A stretch of 64,000 nt of DNA from Candidatus Marinacidobacterales bacterium (GTDB taxonomy: Bacteria > Acidobacteriota > Vicinamibacteria > Marinacidobacterales > DATDRI01). The notes under the pieces were generated by a model that was not told the origin of the DNA, did no database searches, and worked only from the letters and a program-made list of their open reading frames with translations. Numbering within the stretch: position 1 is the stretch's first letter; every line of letters starts with the position of its first letter. This document shows, piece after piece, positions 57,720-64,000 of the stretch. The DNA is taken from contig CBDCNP010000002.1 in the NCBI GenBank assembly GCA_965219415.1, forward strand, positions 4,704,001-4,768,000, given 5' to 3'. Made by a program: the position numbers and the translations under genes.

Positions 57720-58128
57720 GCGATGAGCGCTGTGATTCTCGATTGCCTCATAGACGCCGCCGGCGGGAACCGACGTCGAAGTGTTCACGGCGATTGCTTG
57801 CGGGTCACGCGCCTGTACGAACTGCCGGAGATCCGTGCTTGCACCGAAGAAATCATAGATTTCGCCGTCACCCTCGCGAATCCCTTCGTTGCGTCCTCCG
57901 AGAACCGCCCGCTCGATCCTCTCGCTCCCGCGATCGGTAAAGATGAAATAGGAGGTAGTACCGCGCAAGTCCAACGGCGTCCCCAAATCGAGCGCTAGAG
58001 GATCTGGGTTGCCGTCGCGGATGACGTGCATCCACATATCGACGCCGTTGTCACGCATTGCGCCGGGCAAGACGAGATCGAATTTCTCTCGTTGAATCAG
58101 TGTAAGTAGATCAGCCCGACTGCGAGCC
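57720..58128 (-). pseudogene. M24/Xaa-Pro peptidase N-terminal fragment
   Basis: REKFDLVLPGAMRDNGVDMWMHVIR...DPL; cut at both ends by mobile DNA. Confidence 0.55.
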
Positions 58129-58306
58129 CGTCCTGTGCCAAAACTCAGCCCTTTTGAAATAGCCCATAAATCAGCAACTTAGAGTCTGTGTTTGCGGCCG
58201 TGCCCAGGGCCGAGCGCGAACAGACGACGAAATCATGCAGGCATAGTCCCGGCAGATCGGAGACCGATCAGGTTCGGGGCGCGCGGATGAATAAATAGAA
58301 GGCACA

Positions 58307-58873
58307 GGCGATTTGCTGGAATCCCTCCTTGGCCTTGCGACGTAGATCCCTTACCAATTTCCCCGCCGTTGCCTGAGCGATTGTCCAGCCAGTGCGACGT
58401 TGTTCTATGGTACCCAGCGTCTGTATCGTCTTGACCTCAAACTCCCTATCGCGTACCAAGAAGTCCCCAACGCGTTCATCTTTCGCGTGCTTCTGGCACA
58501 GTGCGACCGCGCCCGGATGGTGTCCCACCGCCTCGGCCATAAGTTCCGCTTGATAGCGGCTGTGCATCAGCTCGAACGCACTCGACGTGCGTCCCAATAC
58601 ATTAATGTTGAGCTGCAGTCGGCATCTCCTTATCGCGGATGCCAGTCTCCATAGATCCACCAGAGCATACGCGCCACCACGTTGGTTCGCGTACGTCGCC
58701 CAAGTCGACATCAACCTCTTCTTGTTTACCTTGAGTAGCCGCCGAGTCTCGTCCGTATCCACGGAGTCAATTACAACCCCAGAGTAACCCCGCCCACCGT
58801 AGTCTTCAGCCAGCACCACTTGGTCGCCTTGCTTAAAGATACCGATCCCCTCCGGTGTGTCACGGTTGCTCAT
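58307..58873 (-). pseudogene. Hypothetical protein with possible PD-(D/E)XK motif, 3'-truncated
   Basis: GDFLVRDREFEVKT; ORF runs into an IS end at 58306. Confidence 0.45.
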
Positions 58874-59004
58874 CGTCGGATCCTTCCTTCCCGTGCACCT
58901 ACCGGCTTGTTAGCGGCGGACGTAAATTGAACATTTATGGCGGACGAAAATGGCACACTCGGCGCTGTGCCTTCTATTTATTCATCCGCGCGCACCGAAC
59001 TTGA

Positions 59005-59405
59005 GTTGTGTGCAGCAGGGCCCCTTTGCTCCACGGGCGTTGCCCCGTTTCAACGCTACTACGGACCCAGCCGCCACCGTCTCGTCTTCGACCGTTTTCC
59101 CGGGGCCTCCGGTTATGCGGTCTACCTTGCTCCGTCGATTTCTCGACGGGACGAGGACGGCTTCTCCAGTGGCTTGGCATGTCCTTGTCACCGTGCTGTC
59201 CCTACCACCCCGCCAGAGGGATGTGCCTCATCAGATAGTCTGGCGACACATCCTGTTGCCTTCGTCCGACACGAGAAAACTCGGCCTCTGGGGTCTATTT
59301 TTTTGTCGGGGCCACCTATGGGTTCACTTGTGTTACGGCCCGGTGACTCGCTCACCATCCTCAAGATGGCTTTGTCAGTCAGCTTCATCCGTCTCGTTTC
59401 CACCC
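59005..59405 (-). mobile_element. Group II intron RNA fragment (5' domains, no ORF)
   Basis: Minus strand reads GGTGAGCGAGTCACCGGGCCGTAACACAAGTGAACC...GTAGTAGCGTTGAAACGGGGCAACGCCCGTGGAGCAAAGGGGCCCTGC, typical of domains I-III. Confidence 0.7.
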
Positions 59406-59761
59406 GAGCGAGACGACGGCTTCAGGCGCGCATTCTCACGCTCGAGTTCCTTGAGCTTCGGGTCCTCTGCCTTTGCCTTCCGCCCCCGTCCTGTGCCAAA
59501 ACTCGGCTGTCCCTTCCATAAACTAAGAAGCGCCCCACGGCGCCATAGGCAAGGGTGGCGACCAGACCTAACAACATCCCATTTCAGGGGAAAGACAGAC
59601 ACAAAACTTGAAACGATTTGGTTGAAACCGGCTTTGCCACGCCGGCTTCAACCAGCCCTTGTCAGCACCGAATGACTGAGATACAACGTGGTACTAACCG
59701 TGGGGTCAGGTCATCCTGCCATGATAAGTCCCGCCCCAAGGGTAAGGACTTCAAAAAAACG

Positions 59762-59950
59762 ATGAATCTCGAGGTCCTCGAAGCTGACTTGAACAACTTC
59801 AAGCATGCCGAGGCGGTTCGGCAGTTGGTGGACGAGTATGCGCGGCTACCGATCGGCCAGGGAACTCCGCTGGCGGCCAGGGTGTTGGAGCAACTCGTAC
59901 CCGGACTAAAGAGACACCCGGGGACGCTGGTTTTTCTCGCTTGGCTGGAC
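59762..59950 (+). pseudogene. GNAT acetyltransferase N-terminal fragment
   Basis: HAEAVRQLVDEYARLPIG...LKRHPGTLVFLAW, then unrelated sequence. Confidence 0.55.
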
Positions 59951-60372
59951 CCGTCTGGTCAAAATACTCGAACGCCCAGCGGGTCAGCAGTTTGCACCTT
60001 TCCGAGGGCTGCTTGAATCTGGCATCGCGGTCGGATACGTATTTCTTCCGGGTGCGCAGTTCGTTGCCTGCAGCTCGCCCCGCAGCCGATTTGAGCCAGC
60101 CGTGCGCACCCCCGGTGGGCCTGTCGCCTGCCACCCGCAGCCCAGGGGTCCTCCTCGCCTTTACAGGCGTGGTTTGGTTTTGCTTAACCGGAGGTTACGG
60201 CATTCTTATTTCCACGGGAATCGGGACGGATCCCGCACATGGCTGAGCGCACCGGAAAACGAGTATTGAGATGCCTAGGGGTTGATTCACATTGAACCAA
60301 CTACGTTTCCGCGAATAGGGATGCGAGGCACATCGGGAATCCTCTGCGCTTCCGCAATATGATGAGTGTCGA

Positions 60373-61353
60373 ATGCACCATTCCCACAACGCCATAATCC
60401 TTTTCGTGGGCACGGCATTGCTTCTCGCATGCGCGTCCCGTCCGACTGACCGAGACGAAGCCCGCGAAGAGCTCCGCAAGCGGGGCATCGAGTCGACCCA
60501 TGGTTCTTTCAAGAACGCCATTCTTGCGGGCAACACCGAGGTCGTGAGCCTACTCCTGAAGTCCCGCGTGAAACCGCGTCGGAGTCTCCGGCTCGCGGCC
60601 AAAGAGGGACGTTGCAGTGTTCTTGCCCAGTTGCTCGACGTCGGCTACCGCGTCGACGGAATCCTCGCCGCCGAGGGTTTGGCGTGGGCCCTGTTCAGTG
60701 GACATGATGGGTGCGTCAAGCTCCTCGAGAACGCGGGAACTGACCTGAACGCGCCGAGTCGTGCGGGCGAAAACTCACTAACCAAAGCAGCCCAGCAAGG
60801 AAATATCCGGTTTCTCAAAGTCCTCCTCGCAGTCGGTGTGGATCCCAACGAGCCCAACCGTAACGGGCAGACCGCTTTGATCCGAGCGGTCGAGGGAGAA
60901 CAGCAAACGTCGATTCGCGAGCTCGTCAGGCTTGGGGCAGACGTGAACGTGGCCGATCTCGACGGCTGGACACCGTTGGCCTACGCTGCCCGAAATGGCA
61001 CCGACCGCATCGTTCGCATGCTCATTGACTTAGGTGCAAACGTCAATCTGCCGACAAAAACCGGGTGGACGGCCGCCGCATTTGCTGCCATGGAAGGGCA
61101 CCGAGTCGTTCTACAAATGCTGCTGGAGGCAGGCGCCGACCCGAACGCCGCGAGCAAGGCAGGGCTCACCCCGCTCATGCGAGCCGCGCAGAGAGGCGAT
61201 GCACGGATGGTGCGCTTCTTGTTGCGGATGGGAGCCGACCGTGACCTGAGCATCGACGGCGTGGACGCGGCCTGGTGGGCCCAAGTCACCGGGCACGAAA
61301 CGGTGGCGCAACTCTTATCCGACGGCACTTCCGCAGGCCCAAACGGATCGTGA
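60373..61353 (+). CDS. Ankyrin-repeat lipoprotein
   Basis: Lipobox LLAC; repeated G.TPL..AA..G...V..LL..GAD.N units. Confidence 0.9.
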   Translation: MHHSHNAIILFVGTALLLACASRPTDRDEAREELRKRGIESTHGSFKNAILAGNTEVVSLLLKSRVKPRRSLRLAAKEGRCSVLAQLLDVGYRVDGILAAEGLAWALFSGHDGCVKLLENAGTDLNAPSRAGENSLTKAAQQGNIRFLKVLLAVGVDPNEPNRNGQTALIRAVEGEQQTSIRELVRLGADVNVADLDGWTPLAYAARNGTDRIVRMLIDLGANVNLPTKTGWTAAAFAAMEGHRVVLQMLLEAGADPNAASKAGLTPLMRAAQRGDARMVRFLLRMGADRDLSIDGVDAAWWAQVTGHETVAQLLSDGTSAGPNGS

Positions 61354-62381
61354 AGACTCCTCCTCGCTGGGGCTCGAAAGTTTGTCTCCTCATCGGGAGC
61401 GTCTTCGCCAGCCTGCTCGTGGCTGAGATCCTGTTACGCTGGACGGGCTACGAGTATCGTCCCCTCAAGATCGAATTCGGCGCTATCGATGACCGCTACT
61501 TCCACATCTTCGAGAATAGGCACTTCGTCTACGATCCCGAACTTCTTTGGCGTCCGAGGCCGAGTTTCGAGTTCTTCAACGCGCAGGGTTTTAGCGGACC
61601 CGAGCTAGATCTGGCAAAGCCTGGTGGAGAATTTCGGATCTTTGCTCTCGGGGACTCCAACACGTTGGGATTCCCAGAAACGAACTGGCCGGAAGATTTG
61701 CAAGAAATTCTTAGCCAGTCATGTGATGGTTTCCAGGTCGTCAATGCAGGTGTGTGGGGCTACACTTCGGACCAGGGTCTGCGACGTCTCGAGGAAGTAC
61801 GAAAGTTTCAACCGGATATGGTGCTCATCAGCTTCGGAGCGAACGATGCCCATCCAACGACAGTGCCGGACAAACAATACACGGCCCGCTCCATGTGGTC
61901 CCGAAGGTTGGAGGGGCTCATCCATTCTTCTCGTGTGGCGAGGCTGGCCACGGGAGTGCTGACCCATCTCACCGTCTTGCGCACGGGCGAGATGATCCAC
62001 CGCGTGAGCCTAGAGGACTACAGCAGCAACTTGGAAGAGATGGCGAAGCGTGTTCTCTCGGACGGTGCAGTGCCGGTCCTTCTTACCCGGCCCTACCACG
62101 GCAAAATGCCTCGGGTGACCAAATGGAAGTCCTTCGGCCACGCATACAACGCAATGACTGCAGAGGTGGCCGAGCGCCTCGATCTGCCGCTGGTCGATCT
62201 GTATACGCACTTCAGGGAGCGCGACGAGCTGTTCGTGGACGACTCTCACTTCAATCCGGAAGGCCATCGTTTGGCGGCGCAAATCGTTTACGAAAGGATA
62301 CAGCCATTCCTTCGGGGTGACGGCTTCGATCCATGCCCCCACACTTCCGAGAGAAGGATGCGGCCTGACGATTCCAACTAA
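61350..62381 (+). CDS. Membrane-anchored SGNH/GDSL hydrolase
   Basis: LGDSNT, NAGVWG, GAND, DDSH. Confidence 0.9.
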   Translation: MKTPPRWGSKVCLLIGSVFASLLVAEILLRWTGYEYRPLKIEFGAIDDRYFHIFENRHFVYDPELLWRPRPSFEFFNAQGFSGPELDLAKPGGEFRIFALGDSNTLGFPETNWPEDLQEILSQSCDGFQVVNAGVWGYTSDQGLRRLEEVRKFQPDMVLISFGANDAHPTTVPDKQYTARSMWSRRLEGLIHSSRVARLATGVLTHLTVLRTGEMIHRVSLEDYSSNLEEMAKRVLSDGAVPVLLTRPYHGKMPRVTKWKSFGHAYNAMTAEVAERLDLPLVDLYTHFRERDELFVDDSHFNPEGHRLAAQIVYERIQPFLRGDGFDPCPHTSERRMRPDDSN

Positions 62382-62664
62382 ATCCTCTGCGCTTACTAGC
62401 TCCCGAGTTCCCGCTGGGATCGCGGCCCTCGCACTGGTTGTTCTGGGCTTGGTGTATGGCGGTTTGGCGATCGACGCTGAGGACGCGACAGCCTACTTGG
62501 TATTGACTCTTGCAGTCGGCGCTACTGCAGGTGCGGACGTACTGAGTCACATCCAAGTGATTGGCGGTTCCCTGGACGCCATCGTCGATCAGGTCAGTAC
62601 CTCTCTTTATGCCGGGGTCGTGACCGTGCTTGCCAAGAGGGCGCTCAAGCTCGTCAAGGGTTGA
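62362..62664 (+). CDS. Small hydrophobic membrane protein
   Basis: Overlaps the SGNH gene end; several hydrophobic segments; start uncertain. Confidence 0.45.
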   Translation, partial: GLTIPTKSSALTSSRVPAGIAALALVVLGLVYGGLAIDAEDATAYLVLTLAVGATAGADVLSHIQVIGGSLDAIVDQVSTSLYAGVVTVLAKRALKLVKG

Positions 62665-63130
62665 AATCTTGTTTCCAGGAGCTAAGGGCCCGGTCGCAAA
62701 CACAGACACCAAGCTGCTGATTTATAGGCTATTTCAAAAAGCCCGAGTTTTGGCACAGGACGGGGTCCAAGAACGCGGCAACCAGCTTGCGATGCTCGAT
62801 TGTGCCTCCTATTTATTCATCCGCGCGCACCGAACTTGATTAGTCTCCGGTCTGCCGGCACCATGCCGGCATGATTTCGTCGTTTGTTCGCGCTCTCGTC
62901 TCTGCCTTCAAGGCTCGTCGCGAGCTGGCTCTCGAGAATGTCGCTCTTCGGTAGCAACTCGCCGTACTCCGCCGTTCGGTGAAACAGCCGCGGCTCTCGA
63001 AGGTCGACCGCGAGTTTTGGGTGCTGTTGCGGGTGCCTCCGCCATTGAAGTGTTGGTGAGATGACGCTAAGACTTTACGCTGCATTAAATTACAGCCAAA
63101 ATAGCGCTCGTGACCTTCGCTGCGCGCTAA

Positions 63131-64000
63131 GTGGTCAGCGCGCGAGGGAAAGTGCTGAGGACGAACTTCTCGGCGACCAGCCGAGTAACGCGAGCGACCA
63201 AGCTGACTCAGGCTGCCTCTCGCCACTCGTATCGATGGTGCAATCCACCGACTCGCGGCAGTGCGACTACTTTCGCCGTAGGAGACGGTCGGTGCGTGAC
63301 CGCTCTCAAGCTCGGTGTGTCCTTGTTCAGCCCCAAGTGGCAACGGTCCTCGTGATAGTAGCTGATGTAAGCTCGCACGAGCCGGATGAGATGACATGCG
63401 CCGAGAACCACGACGTGCTCAAGGAGCTCGCGACGGCAGCTGCCGACCCACCGCTCCGCAGTTCCGTTTTGCCATGGGCTGCGAAACGAAGTGCGAACGG
63501 GTTTTGTGCCCGTTGCTTTGATGAACTCGATGACCGCAGCGCTAAAGATGAAGTCGCGATCGAAGATGAGATATTTCGGAGCGGTGTCGTAGGGAAACGC
63601 CTCACGCAGTTGCTGAATAACCCAAGCAGACGTCGGTTGGAACGTGGCGTTGAAGTGAACGATGTGCCGACGGCCGTGCTCGATGACGAAGAAGCCGTAC
63701 AGCAGCCGGAGCGACGCGGTGGGCACGGTGAACAGATCCATGGCGGCGATATCGTCTTTATGGTTGCGCAGGAAAGCCATCCATCGCTTCAGCTGGTCGG
63801 GCTCCGCGGGACGCCGCGGTAGGTATCGCGACACCGTGATCTCGGAGATGATGAAACCGAGCTTGGTGAGCTCAGCATGGATGCGTGGCGCCCCCCAGCC
63901 GTCTTGCGCCATCGTGCGGACGAGGCGACGAATCTCGGCATCAATCCGAGGTCGACCGGGATGGCGGCGCTGCGAGATCTTTGCCCAGTACCGTCGGAAT
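63131..64000 (-). mobile_element. IS481-like element, copy 5 (partial; runs off the window)
   Basis: Near-identical transposase ending at 63208; right end replaced by a MITE fragment. Confidence 0.9.

Overview
A defence island riddled with insertion sequences, from a GC-rich bacterium that is probably an Acidobacterium (inferred from the Oar-like TonB-dependent receptor). The core is a complete type I-C CRISPR-Cas locus (cas3-5-8c-7-4-1-2). Its array has about 105 repeats by hand count, is split by an intact IS3, and is followed by an inverted 10-repeat orphan array. Other defence-type genes are the 3' end of a Type ISP RM enzyme, MazEF-like and VapBC45-like TA pairs, an AIPR-cold-shock fusion, a NucS-like nuclease, an RHH/MTase/REase operon, GmrSD, XRE-ImmA and a phosphatase-ADP-ribosylglycohydrolase fusion. 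Mobile DNA includes five IS481-like copies, IS1, IS3, IS5, IS6 and IS110 pieces, a DUF2924/large serine recombinase module, a group II intron fragment, 8 copies of an IS1-related MITE and about 16 orphan transposon ends. No junction I checked shows a clear target duplication, so the region is heavily shuffled or partly misassembled. The top leads are (1) an IS110 left end whose putative bridge-RNA guide matches its own insertion site, which is a consensus -35 box (TTGACA), and (2) orphan inverted ends that bracket defence and host-interaction cargo. All family calls come from motif recognition; no database searches were run.
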